Part shown: piece after piece, positions 17,463-27,722 of the stretch
How the letters are laid out: each line of letters opens with the position of its first letter
How positions within the stretch are numbered: position 1 is the stretch's first letter
Origin: Candidatus Limnocylindrales bacterium
Lineage (GTDB): Bacteria > Chloroflexota > Limnocylindria > Limnocylindrales > CSP1-4
Assembly (NCBI GenBank): GCA_037720745.1
Contig: JBBJNS010000002.1
Coordinates: forward strand, 1 to 53,104
Direction: 5' to 3'
Length of the DNA stretch: 53,104 nt
Notes under the pieces: generated by a model
Database searches by the model: none
What the model saw: only the letters and a program-made list of their open reading frames with translations
Told to the model about the DNA's origin: nothing
Made by a program: the position numbers and the translations under genes

Positions 17463-17549
17463 GGCTCTTGGCGCCTCCACATGGCGTCACCGAGTATCGG
17501 CGACGCGTCTCTACCACGACTTCACCACGACTTCGCGCCAGCTTGCGTG

Positions 17550-18746
17550 TCACGCCGGCTCTCCGGCAGCGTCGGTCGACGCCGCATGAGCCTGGAGCTC
17601 GCGTCGCAGTCGGGGGAACGTCCCGGCGGCCAACGCCGACCGGATCCGTGCCATGAAGTCTAGGGTGAAGGTCAGGTTGTGACAAGTCGCCAGGCGGTAT
17701 GCCAGCAGCTCATCGGCTCGGAAGAGATGGGCCAGGTAGGCGCGGGAGAAGGTGCGGCACAGGCGACAGGGACAGCCCTCCAGGACCGGCGAGGGATCAT
17801 CCAGGAAGCGTGCATTACGCAGGTTGAGCCTTCCTCCCGGGACCCACAACGTGCCGTTCCGGGCGACCCTCGCGGGCAACACCGAATCGAACACATCGAC
17901 ACCCGCGTCCACGGCATCGAGCAGGTCCAACGGCGAGCCGAGACCCATCAGATAGCGTGGCCGGGGATCGTCGGCGAGCCGATCGACCACGATGTCCAGT
18001 GCCGCCCGGCGCTGAGCCGCTGTCTCGTCACCAGCCAGCCCACCGATACACAGCCCGTCGAAGGGCAGCGCTCGCATGAACTCGGTCGACTCCGCCCGGA
18101 GATCGGGCTCCAGGCCGCCCTGGATGATGCCGAAGAGGGCCTGATCCGGGCGAGCGTGGGCCTCCAGGCAGCGTTCCGCCCAGCGGTGCGTGCGCTGCAT
18201 GGCCTCAGCGACAAGGGCGCGTGATGAGGCATGGGGCGGCACCGGTTGGTCGAAGCAGACCGCGATGTCGGCGCCCAGCGCTTCCTGGACCGCGATGGAG
18301 AACTCCGGCGTGAAGCGCTGCGGTGAGCCGTCCAGGTGCGAGCGGAAGGTCACGCCGTCATCGTCGATGGTCAGGCGGTCGCCCAGGCTGACCACCTGGT
18401 AGCCGCCCGAGTCGGTCAGGATGTTGCGGTCCCAGGCCATGAAGCGGTGCAGCCCACCCAGTCTCGCGATGCGCTCGTGCCCGGGTCGCAGGGCAAGGTG
18501 GTACGTGTTGGCCAGGATGATCGTCGCGCCAGCCTCCCGCAGGTCGTCCGGATCGAGTGCCTTGACCGTGGCGTTGGTTCCGACGGGCATGAACTGCGGG
18601 GTCTCGACCACTCCATGCGGCGTGACGAGGCGGCCCAGACGGGCGCGCGAAGCGACCGCCGGCGTCGAAGTGGCCACGATCTCGAAGCTGGTCGGACCCG
18701 AGCGGGTCGGGACCGGCACAGCATCCGGGGGTGCGATGACGCTCAC
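17550..18746 (-). CDS. tgt: Queuine tRNA-ribosyltransferase (tRNA-guanine transglycosylase)
   Basis: ..VETPQFMPVGTNATVKAL..ILANTYHL..DSGGYQV..CPCRLC.. Start set to GTG 18746, overlapping the upstream permease stop (GTGA). The upstream 63 codons are Arg-rich. Confidence 0.9.
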   Translation of the reverse strand: MSVIAPPDAVPVPTRSGPTSFEIVATSTPAVASRARLGRLVTPHGVVETPQFMPVGTNATVKALDPDDLREAGATIILANTYHLALRPGHERIARLGGLHRFMAWDRNILTDSGGYQVVSLGDRLTIDDDGVTFRSHLDGSPQRFTPEFSIAVQEALGADIAVCFDQPVPPHASSRALVAEAMQRTHRWAERCLEAHARPDQALFGIIQGGLEPDLRAESTEFMRALPFDGLCIGGLAGDETAAQRRAALDIVVDRLADDPRPRYLMGLGSPLDLLDAVDAGVDVFDSVLPARVARNGTLWVPGGRLNLRNARFLDDPSPVLEGCPCRLCRTFSRAYLAHLFRADELLAYRLATCHNLTFTLDFMARIRSALAAGTFPRLRRELQAHAASTDAAGEPA

Positions 18747-19600
18747 CCGCTGATCTGCGTCCGTTCCGCGCTCAGCGCGCCGATGGCCAGCGATCCGAGC
18801 AGGTACATCACGGTCACCGCGATCCCGAGCTCCAGCGGCACCGGGTTCAGCAGCAGGGTCTCTGGCCCGCCACCGATGCTGGGCGCCTGGGACAGCACGC
18901 TGTCGCCGATGCTGAAGGGCAGGAACTGGAACCACTCTGGGCCGATCGGCTGCAGGCCCTCACCGAAGCCCGTTCCGCTGCTGGACAGCGTCGTGAAGAG
19001 GATGACGGTGGCCAGGATCTGCTCGCCGATGAAGAGCACGATGCCTGTCACCACGCCGGCCAGCTGGCTGCGCAGGAGCATCGCCACCGCGAAACCGAGC
19101 GCGGCACGCTCGGTCACCACCAGCGAACCGAATCCGATCGAGCGCGCCAGGTCCTCCCCTCCCCCACCAGAGAGTGGGCCGCCCACCGACACCCCGCTCA
19201 TGGTCGCCGCCAGCAGGGTGAGGGCGATGCCCGCCGCGTAGGCGATGAGTATCCCGATGACCAGGAAGATGGCCACGGCGACGAACTTGATGATCACATA
19301 GCGACTGCGGCTTTCACCGCGAGCCACGATGACCCGGAAGACGCCCCAATTCCAGTCGGAACCACCGATGGCCGCGGCGTAGGCCACGGCGAGCAGGCTG
19401 CCCAGGCCGAAGACGAACTGGTTGATGAAGCCGTAGGAGTTCGGAAAGCGCAGCACGGTCGAGGCGCCCGTCGGATCGGAACCTGCCGTCGAACCGACCA
19501 GCAGGTAGATCAGCGCCATGAGGCCGATGAGTATCGCCAGCACCAAGTAGGAGGCCCAGCGACGGCGCAGCTTCAGGATCTCAGCAGCAAGGAGTCGCAT
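18743..19600 (-). CDS. ABC-2 type transporter permease
   Basis: Six predicted hydrophobic segments. Start overlaps the ATPase stop by 1 nt (TGATG). Typical ABC-2 family size and layout. Confidence 0.75.
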   Translation of the reverse strand: MRLLAAEILKLRRRWASYLVLAILIGLMALIYLLVGSTAGSDPTGASTVLRFPNSYGFINQFVFGLGSLLAVAYAAAIGGSDWNWGVFRVIVARGESRSRYVIIKFVAVAIFLVIGILIAYAAGIALTLLAATMSGVSVGGPLSGGGGEDLARSIGFGSLVVTERAALGFAVAMLLRSQLAGVVTGIVLFIGEQILATVILFTTLSSSGTGFGEGLQPIGPEWFQFLPFSIGDSVLSQAPSIGGGPETLLLNPVPLELGIAVTVMYLLGSLAIGALSAERTQISG

Positions 19601-20615
19601 CAGCCTGCCTGCCTGCCGGGCTGGCCCCAGCCGGGTGGCGGCCCCGGCTGGCCATCATCGGATGTCCCCGGACCGGTCAGCGACAGGAAGACCGTCTCCA
19701 GGTCGTTGCCCGTTTCCAGGCCACTGGCGAAGACACCGCCCTGGGCGAGCGCCCGGTTGACCTCCGACGCCTGATCCGGCGCCACCCGCATCGAGACCCA
19801 GCGCGGACCTTCGGAGCCGCCGGCAGCCGTCTGCTCCACGCTCGGCGACAGAGCCGCGAGGATCGCCAGCGCTCGACCCACGTCCGACTCGAGCACCCGG
19901 ACGCGGACGCTGGTGCCCTGATCCAGGATGCTGGCCAAGGGACCCTCGCGCACCAGGCGGCCGGCGGCGATGATGCCCACCACGTCGGCCATCTGCTCCA
20001 TCTCGGGCAGGATGTGGCTGGAGACCAGCACGGTCTTGCCCTGTGACGTCAGGAAGCGCAGCAGCTCGCGCATGGCCACGATACCGCCGGGATCCAGGCC
20101 GTTGGCCGGCTCATCGAGCAGCAGCAGCTCCGGATCGGACAGCAACGCCGCCGCGATGCCCAGCCGTTGCTTCATCCCCAGCGAGTAGGTCTTGACCTTG
20201 TCACGTGCCCGGTCGCTCAACCCGACGAAGCCGAGGACCTCCGCGGCGCGGTGCCGGGGCGTGGGCGGACCCGCCGCACCGAACACGCGCAGGTTGTCGC
20301 GGCCCGACAGGGAGGGAGAGAAGGAGGGCTGCTCGATGAGTGCGCCCACCCGGAAGAGTCGACGGCGATCGCGCCAGGAGTAGGGCTCGCCCAGCAACTC
20401 GATGGAGCCGGCGTCCGGTCGGGCCATGCCCACCAGCAGACGCAACGTCGTGGTCTTGCCCGACCCGTTGGGGCCCAGGAAGCCGTAGACCATGCCGCGC
20501 GGCACGTGCAGGTCAAGGCCAGCCACGGCCGCGCGCTGCCCGTAGCGCTTGACCAGCCCCTGCGTGGCGACGGCCAGGCCTTCGGTCGACGGCCGGCTGG
20601 CCGGTTCCGCGACCG

Positions 20616-20619
<4 letters not shown>
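19600..20619 (-). CDS. ABC transporter ATP-binding protein
   Basis: [14 protein letters not shown] (Walker A), [15 protein letters not shown] (signature), LLLLDEP (Walker B). About 100-aa C-terminal extension. Confidence 0.9.
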
Positions 20620-21778
<1,159 letters not shown>

Positions 21779-21782
<4 letters not shown>

Positions 21783-22378
21783 TCGCGGCGGAGCGAGCGG
21801 AGCGCAGCCTTCACGCGATCCTCCAGGGAGGTGCCGGGGGGCAGCGCCGCGACCGCTCCCCTGCCCGCCTCGCGCGCCTCGCCCGCGCTGTAGCCGAGGG
21901 CTTGTAGCGCGGCCACGACCTCGGACTCCGAGGCGGCTGGCCCGGTCGCTCCTCCTGCGCTACCGACCCCGCCGCCCGCGGCGGCCACCTTCTCCTTGAG
22001 TTCCAGCACGACGCGCGCTGCCAGCCGTTTACCGACGCCGCTGACCGCCGTGAGGACCGCTTCATCGCCTTGCAGGATGGCCAGCTGCAGATCCGTCACG
22101 GGCCGCGAAGCGACGATGGCCAGCGCGACCTTCGGCCCCACGCCAGTGACCGTGGTCAGCAACATGAAGAATCCGAGCTCCTGGGGATCACGGAAGCCAT
22201 AAAGCGCCTGGAGGTCCTCGCGGACCAGGTGATGCGTGTGCAACTTGAGGGTCGACCCGGGGCGGGCCGCCGCCAATGTGGGCGGACCGCAGAACACCCG
22301 ATAGCCGACCCCGGCGACCTCGAGGACCAGCGAATCGGTGTTGACGGCGGCGACGGAGCCCTGCAGCGAGGCGATCAC
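21779..22378 (-). CDS. ruvA: Holliday junction DNA-binding protein RuvA
   Basis: MIASLQGSV...[32 protein letters not shown] (HhH motifs). GTG start. Confidence 0.93.
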
Positions 22379-22428
22379 GACCCGATGTTAGCCACTCCGC
22401 ACCGGGCCGCGGTGCCATCATCTGGCCC

Positions 22429-23697
22429 GTGGGCCTTCGACTCGACGATCGCGACCGGGAGATGCTGGCCGGGGAACTTGGCCCCGCGACCGCGCTGGCG
22501 ATGCGCATCGTTATAGCCATGGCCGAAGCAGCGGGCGCGGAGCGGCTCATCGACATCACCGGCGCGCACATCGATGGCTGCCTCTACCACGGCCCGGTCG
22601 GGCTGAGTTTCGCGGAGCGGCTGGCGGCCGACGAGGCGCAGGTGAGGGTCCCGACCACGCTCAATGTCTCGGCCCTCGATCTGCTGCACCCGGACCGCGT
22701 CCGCCTCGCCGAGCCAGCCCGGTCGGAGGCGCGGCGCCAGATGGCCGCCTACGAGTCGATGGGCTGCCAGCCGACCTGGACCTGCGCGCCCTACCAGCTG
22801 CCCGACCGACCGGCCTTCGGTGAGCACGTCTGCTGGGCCGAGTCGAACGCCATCGTCTTCGCCAATACGGTCTTGGGAGCACGCACGGACCGCTATGGCG
22901 ACTTCATGGACATCTGTGCCGCTATCACGGGGCGCGTGCCGGCGGCGGGGCTGCATCTGGACGAGAATCGGCTAGGTAGCGTGGTCTTCCGCCTTTCCGG
23001 TTTCGGTGAGCGGGGATCCGAGCAGGAGGCGTTCTGGGCGCTGCTGGGTCACGTCGTCGGGGCCACGACGGGCAACGACGTGCCCGTCATCGTCGGTGCA
23101 CGCGAAGGCGTGCCTGAGGATCATCTGAAGGCGCTCGGTGCCGGGGCTGCGTCGTCGGGGTCCGTGGCGCTCATCCACGTCGTGGGTACTACGCCGGAGG
23201 CGCCCACCAGGCGGGATGCGTTGGGCGGCCGGCCGCCGCTGCGGACGATCGATATCGGGCCGGCCGACCTGCGTGACGCCGCCGCGGAGCTGACCGGCGC
23301 CGACGTGAGCGGTGCCCTGCGAGCGGTGAGCGTCGGGACGCCCCACCTATCGCTGGCCGGCTTCGAACGGCTGACGCCGATGCTCGCCGCGACGCGCATC
23401 CACCACGACGTGACCTTCTACGTCTCGACCGGCCGCGACGTGCTCCGAGAAGTGGAGGCACAAGGCTGGCTCGCGGTTTACCGAGCGGCGGGCATCCGGC
23501 TGGTGGTCGATACCTGCACCTACATCACGCCGGTCCTGGGCCCCGAGGAGACGCTGGTCATGACCGACTCGGCCAAGTGGGCCTGGTACGCGCCGGGCAA
23601 CCTGGGCATCTCGACCGTCTTCGGGACGATGGAGGACTGCGTCAGGTCCGCCGCAGCGGGGAGGGTCATCCGTGACTTTGGCTGGCTGGACGTCTGA
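22429..23697 (+). CDS. Aconitase X catalytic (large) subunit, DUF521 family
   Basis: ..REMLAGELGPATALAMRIVIAMAEAAGAERLIDITGAHIDGCLYHG.. is typical of the DUF521/AcnX N-terminus. Size is about 420 aa and a DUF126-type partner lies immediately downstream. Confidence 0.85.
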   Translation: MGLRLDDRDREMLAGELGPATALAMRIVIAMAEAAGAERLIDITGAHIDGCLYHGPVGLSFAERLAADEAQVRVPTTLNVSALDLLHPDRVRLAEPARSEARRQMAAYESMGCQPTWTCAPYQLPDRPAFGEHVCWAESNAIVFANTVLGARTDRYGDFMDICAAITGRVPAAGLHLDENRLGSVVFRLSGFGERGSEQEAFWALLGHVVGATTGNDVPVIVGAREGVPEDHLKALGAGAASSGSVALIHVVGTTPEAPTRRDALGGRPPLRTIDIGPADLRDAAAELTGADVSGALRAVSVGTPHLSLAGFERLTPMLAATRIHHDVTFYVSTGRDVLREVEAQGWLAVYRAAGIRLVVDTCTYITPVLGPEETLVMTDSAKWAWYAPGNLGISTVFGTMEDCVRSAAAGRVIRDFGWLDV

Positions 23698-24103
23698 GGG
23701 GCGGCCACTCCTGGCAGGAGTAGCAAGCGGCATAGCCCTCGTCCTGCGCGAGCCGCTCTCCTTCTGGGGTGGCGTGGAGCCTGCCACCGGGCTGATCATC
23801 GACGGGCATCACCCGGCTCAAGGACAGCGGGTGGCCGGCCGCATCTTGGTGATGCCCCACGGCCGCGGCTCGAGCTCATCGAGCACCGTCCTGGCCGAGG
23901 GCCTGGGTGCCGGCACCGGGCCGTTGGCCATCCTGCTGGGCGAACCTGACGGCATCCTGCTGCTCGGCGCCCTTGTCGCGCGGGAGCTTGGCTTGGCGGA
24001 CTGTCCCATCGTGGTCATCGGTGATGTGTGGCAGCAGGTCCGGGATGGCGATCTCGTGAGCGTCGCTGCGGACGGAAGCGTTCAGGTCGGGCCGACGAGC
24101 TGA
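23672..24103 (+). CDS. Aconitase X swivel-domain (small) subunit, DUF126 family
   Basis: ..PLSFWGGVEPATGLIIDGHHP..GRILVMPHGRGSSSSSTVLAE.. GTG 23672 lies 6 nt after GGGGAGGG and overlaps the large subunit's last 26 nt. Confidence 0.8.
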   Translation: MTLAGWTSEGRPLLAGVASGIALVLREPLSFWGGVEPATGLIIDGHHPAQGQRVAGRILVMPHGRGSSSSSTVLAEGLGAGTGPLAILLGEPDGILLLGALVARELGLADCPIVVIGDVWQQVRDGDLVSVAADGSVQVGPTS

Positions 24104-24110
24104 GTGCTCC

Positions 24111-24590
24111 TCAGGCCGCGGGTCGGAGTCCATGAGCAAGGCAGATGGCCACGGCCAGCGCGTCGGCGGCATCATCGGGGCGCGGCAGCTCGGCCAGGCC
24201 CAGCAATGCCTGGACCATGCGCTGCACCTGGACCTTGTCGGCACGCCCGTAGCCCGTCACGGCGATCTTCACCTCGTGGGGTCCGTACTCCGATACGGAC
24301 AGGCCGTGCGTGGCAGCCGCCAGCAGGACCACGCCGCGTGCCTGGCCCACGGCGAAGGCCGTCTGCACGTTGCGGTTGAAGAAGAGCCGCTCTACGCCGA
24401 CCATCTCGGGGCGGTACAGCTCGATGAGATGCAGCACGCCCCGGTGGATGGACAGCAATCGTTCGGCGGGCGGCGACGAGGAAAGGGTCTCGAGGCAGCC
24501 GTAGTCGACCACCTTGAGCGCATTGCCATCCCGCTCCACGATGCCGTAGCCGGTCCGTGCCGTTCCCGGGTCGATGCCCAGGACCCTCAC
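24111..24590 (-). CDS. ruvC: Crossover junction endodeoxyribonuclease RuvC
   Basis: [19 protein letters not shown].. and the C-terminal ..[13 protein letters not shown] motif. Start set to GTG 24590, downstream of the yebC stop. Confidence 0.9.
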   Translation of the reverse strand: MRVLGIDPGTARTGYGIVERDGNALKVVDYGCLETLSSSPPAERLLSIHRGVLHLIELYRPEMVGVERLFFNRNVQTAFAVGQARGVVLLAAATHGLSVSEYGPHEVKIAVTGYGRADKVQVQRMVQALLGLAELPRPDDAADALAVAICLAHGLRPAA

Positions 24591-24606
24591 CGGACCGGCC
24601 GGCTGC

Positions 24607-25362
24607 TCATCGCGCCAGTGCGACCTCGGCCATGACCTCATCGGGGATGTCGAAGTTGGCCGTAACGCGCTGGACATCGTCCAGATCCTCCAGGTTCTCG
24701 ATGAGCCGCAGGTTCTGGCGCGCCGCCGAGACCTCGACCTCGATCGTGCTCTTGGGCTGCATGGCCACCTCGGCCGACTCGATGGTCACGCCGGTCCCTT
24801 CCAGGGCGGTGCGCACCGCCTCCAGGTTGCCAGGCTCCGTGACGATCTCCAGGGGATCGCCTTCGGTGTCCACGTCGTCCGCTCCGGCATCGATGGCGGC
24901 CAGGGCGATGTCGTCCGGGTCCTGTCCGTCGCGGGTGATGTAGACGATGCCGCGCGTCTCGAACTGCCAGGCCACGGCACCGGCTCCGGCCAGCTGCCCG
25001 CCAGCCTTGCTGAAGATAGAGCGCACCTCGGCCGCCGTGCGATTCTTGTTGTCCGTGGCCGCCTCGACGAGGATGGCCACACCGCCGGGGCCGTAACCCT
25101 CGTAGATGATCTCCTCGTACTGTTCCGCCTCGCCGCTGCCGACCGCCTTGTCGATGGCCCGCTTGATGGTGTCGGCGGGCATGTTGACCGCGCGCGCCTT
25201 GTCCACCGCCAGACGCAACTTGTAGTTCGCGTCGGGGTCACCACCGCCCGCCCGCGCCGCCATGCCGATCTCGCGGCCGATCTTGGTGAAGATGGCGCCG
25301 CGCTTGACATCGTTGACGCCCTTCTGGCGCTTGATGGAAGACCACTTGGAATGCCCGGACAT
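24607..25362 (-). CDS. yebC: YebC/PmpR family DNA-binding transcriptional regulator
   Basis: [32 protein letters not shown].. Full-length (251 aa). ATG at 25362. Confidence 0.93.
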   Translation of the reverse strand: MSGHSKWSSIKRQKGVNDVKRGAIFTKIGREIGMAARAGGGDPDANYKLRLAVDKARAVNMPADTIKRAIDKAVGSGEAEQYEEIIYEGYGPGGVAILVEAATDNKNRTAAEVRSIFSKAGGQLAGAGAVAWQFETRGIVYITRDGQDPDDIALAAIDAGADDVDTEGDPLEIVTEPGNLEAVRTALEGTGVTIESAEVAMQPKSTIEVEVSAARQNLRLIENLEDLDDVQRVTANFDIPDEVMAEVALAR

Positions 25363-25422
25363 CGCCGCCGATTCTATATGATGGCTGTCCAGCCCAGACT
25401 CCTCCGGAGGTGCCCGCGTCGC

Positions 25423-27504
25423 ATGTCGACCGACCAGCTCTCGCGTCTGCGCAACGTCGTCCTGGCCGGCCACGCCGGTTCCGGCAAGACGACACTGGCC
25501 GAGCACCTGCTCTTCAAGGCGGGTGCCATCTCTCGACTGGGACGCGTCGACGATGGGACGGCCAGCCTGGACCACGAGCCGGAGGAGCACAAGCGCAAGC
25601 TCTCGCTGTCGTTGGCGGTCTCCGGTATGGAGAGCGACGGTCACCGGATCAACCTCATCGATACGCCGGGCTACGCCGATTTCGTGGGCGAGATGATCGA
25701 GGGTTTCGCCGCGGCGGACGGGGCGCTACTGACCATGGATGCCTCTGGTGGCGTGGAGCCCGGCACGGAGCAGGCCATCGCGCTGGGCCGTCAGACGAAC
25801 ACCGCGGCACTCTTCGTGCTCACGCGCTGCGACCGCGAGAACGCTGACCCCAACGCCGCGTTGGACGCACTGCGGGCTGCCTTCGGGATCAAGATCGCGC
25901 CGCTGGAGATCGCCATCGGTGCGGGCGACTCGTTCCGGGGCTATGTCGACCTGGTGCACCGCCGCGCGTACGTCTTCGAGAACGGGTCGCGCCAGGAGGT
26001 GCCCGTGCCGGATGAGATGGCGGAGGAGGTTGCGCGTCGCCGGGACCAGCTTCTGGAGGCCGCCGCTGACGCTGACGACGACGTGCTGACCAAGTACCTC
26101 GAGGGGCAGGAGATCAGCGACGCTGAGCTGGAAGCGTGTCTCCACACCGGGGTGCGCGAGAGCGTGCTGGCGCCCGTCCTGCTCTCGTCAGCGGCCACGG
26201 ACATCGGCATCGAGGGGCTGCTCGACGCCATCGTCAGGTACCTGCCGTCGCCCGGCGAGGAACCGCCCGCCGCGGCTGCGGACGGCATAGGGGGCCGCGT
26301 CGAGGTGGCGCCCGATCCGGAGGGTCCATTACTAGCCCAGGTCTTCAAGACGACGGCTGACCCGTTCGTGGGACGCCTCACCTTCTTTCGCGTCCACTCC
26401 GGGCGCATCTCCTCGCACGACCATGTCTGGAACGCGGCACGCGGCGAGGACGAGCGCATCGGTCAAGTGCTGCGCGTGCGTGGGAAGGAGCATGAGCCGG
26501 TCGGTTCGATCGGGGCCGGTGAGATCGGAGCCGTGGCCAAGCTCTTGCACACGGTGACCGGTGACACCCTGTCGCACCGCCACCATCCGCTGACGCTGCC
26601 TGGCTTCGACTTCCCCGAGCCCACCCTGCCGGTGGCCATCGAGCCCGCCTCCAAGGCCGACCTGGACAAGCTGAGCACGGCGCTGGCCCGGCTGGTGGAG
26701 GAGGACCCCACCGTGCGCGTCGAGCGGTCGACGGCCACCGGCGAGCAGCTGCTCTGGACCCAGGGTGAGAATCAGACGGCCGTGAGCTGCGAACGGTTGA
26801 AGCGCAAGTTCGGCACATCCGTGGTGACGCGCGAGCCGCGCGTGGCGTATCGCGAGACCGTCCGTGGCCACACCAAGGTGGAGGGCCGGCACAAGAAGCA
26901 GACCGGTGGGCGCGGTCAGTTCGGGCATGTCTGGATCGAGATCGAGCCCAACCCCGGCGGCGGCATCGCCTTCGACGAGCGGGTCGTCGGCGGAGTGGTG
27001 CCGCGGCAGTTCTTCGCGGGAGTAGAGAAGGGCGTGCGTGACGTGGCCGAGAAGGGACCGCTGGCGGGCTACCCCGTGGTGGACCTGAAGGCGACGCTTT
27101 ACGACGGCTCATTCCACGCGGTCGATTCGGATGAGATCTCATTCCGGCAGGCCGCCGCGCAGGCCATGCGCAAGGGCATCCACGACGCCGAGCCGGCACT
27201 TCTGGAGCCGATGATGAGCGTGGAAGTGCGCGTTCCCGAGGAGCACATGGGCGACGTCAACCGCGACCTGGCCACGCGCCGCGGACGGGTCATGGGACTC
27301 GACGTGGAGGGTGGTTTCCAGGTCGTGCGTGCCCACGTGCCCCAGTCGGAGCTTTTCACCTATGCCACGGAGTTGCGCTCCATCACCGGCGGACGCGGCC
27401 GGTTCAGCGCAACCTTGGACACGTATGAGGAGGTGCCTTCACACGTGTCGGCGAAGATCATCGAGCAGCATCAGAGGGACCTGGAGGCGAGCGGCGGCCA
27501 CTGA
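25423..27504 (+). CDS. Elongation factor G paralog (EF-G2-like translational GTPase)
   Basis: All five EF-G domains are recognisable (..GVVPRQFFAGVEKG.., ..LLEPMMSVEVRVPEE..GDVNRDL..RRG..). P-loop is AGHAGSGKTT and G3 is DTPGYADF. ATG 25423 lies 12 nt after GGAGG. The upstream 283 codons of the ORF-track call are antisense to yebC/ruvC. Confidence 0.9.
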   Translation: MSTDQLSRLRNVVLAGHAGSGKTTLAEHLLFKAGAISRLGRVDDGTASLDHEPEEHKRKLSLSLAVSGMESDGHRINLIDTPGYADFVGEMIEGFAAADGALLTMDASGGVEPGTEQAIALGRQTNTAALFVLTRCDRENADPNAALDALRAAFGIKIAPLEIAIGAGDSFRGYVDLVHRRAYVFENGSRQEVPVPDEMAEEVARRRDQLLEAAADADDDVLTKYLEGQEISDAELEACLHTGVRESVLAPVLLSSAATDIGIEGLLDAIVRYLPSPGEEPPAAAADGIGGRVEVAPDPEGPLLAQVFKTTADPFVGRLTFFRVHSGRISSHDHVWNAARGEDERIGQVLRVRGKEHEPVGSIGAGEIGAVAKLLHTVTGDTLSHRHHPLTLPGFDFPEPTLPVAIEPASKADLDKLSTALARLVEEDPTVRVERSTATGEQLLWTQGENQTAVSCERLKRKFGTSVVTREPRVAYRETVRGHTKVEGRHKKQTGGRGQFGHVWIEIEPNPGGGIAFDERVVGGVVPRQFFAGVEKGVRDVAEKGPLAGYPVVDLKATLYDGSFHAVDSDEISFRQAAAQAMRKGIHDAEPALLEPMMSVEVRVPEEHMGDVNRDLATRRGRVMGLDVEGGFQVVRAHVPQSELFTYATELRSITGGRGRFSATLDTYEEVPSHVSAKIIEQHQRDLEASGGH

Positions 27505-27559
27505 GGATGGAGCCGTGGGTGCTCAGCGGGCCGGGATGTCTCGGGAGCTCGAGCCCGAC

Positions 27560-27643
27560 TTCCGTCACCCATCACCCGGGATGATGGTAAGTCGCCATCG
27601 GGCCGCCTTTTTCCGTCACCCATCACCCGGGATGATGGTAAGT
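27560..27643. repeat. Two perfect 33-bp direct repeats (27560-27592 and 27611-27643, period 51 bp), each a hairpin
   Basis: The unit ttccgtcacccatcacccgggatgatggtaagt occurs twice. Each has an inner stem ACC(C)ATCA/TGATGGT with loop CCCGGGA. Copy 1 has an extra outer stem CGACTT/AAGTCG (27556-27594). The repeats lie between the convergent stops of the EF-G paralog and hisA. Confidence 0.9.
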
Positions 27644-27722
27644 GGCTTGGGGCAGCGATCCCTGCGTCTCTGACGCCGACGGCTGGCGCCGAGGACGTAC
27701 CGACGAGCGTGGATCCGCGCCA

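Noticed and set aside
17250-17550. LexA/SOS box upstream of recA
   Set aside because: The interval contains no GAAC or GTTC at all, so no CGAAC-N4-GTTCG or TCGAAC-N4-GTTCGA type palindrome is present. Only the tandem 11-mers were retained as a candidate motif.
24574-25422. N-terminal 283 codons of the 976-aa ORF-track call containing the EF-G paralog
   Set aside because: This part is antisense to the well-supported ruvC and yebC genes and has Arg/Gly/Leu/Asp-rich GC-artefact composition. EF-G homology, SD and ATG begin at 25423.
27560-27643. Possible mini-CRISPR array or riboswitch (for example a tandem-hairpin guanidine-II type) formed by the 33-bp repeats
   Set aside because: There are only two repeats, with an 18-bp spacer and no cas genes. 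The loops are CCCGGGA rather than the ACGR of guanidine-II. Both flanking genes end here, so there is no downstream gene to regulate. The element is kept only as an unexplained repeat.
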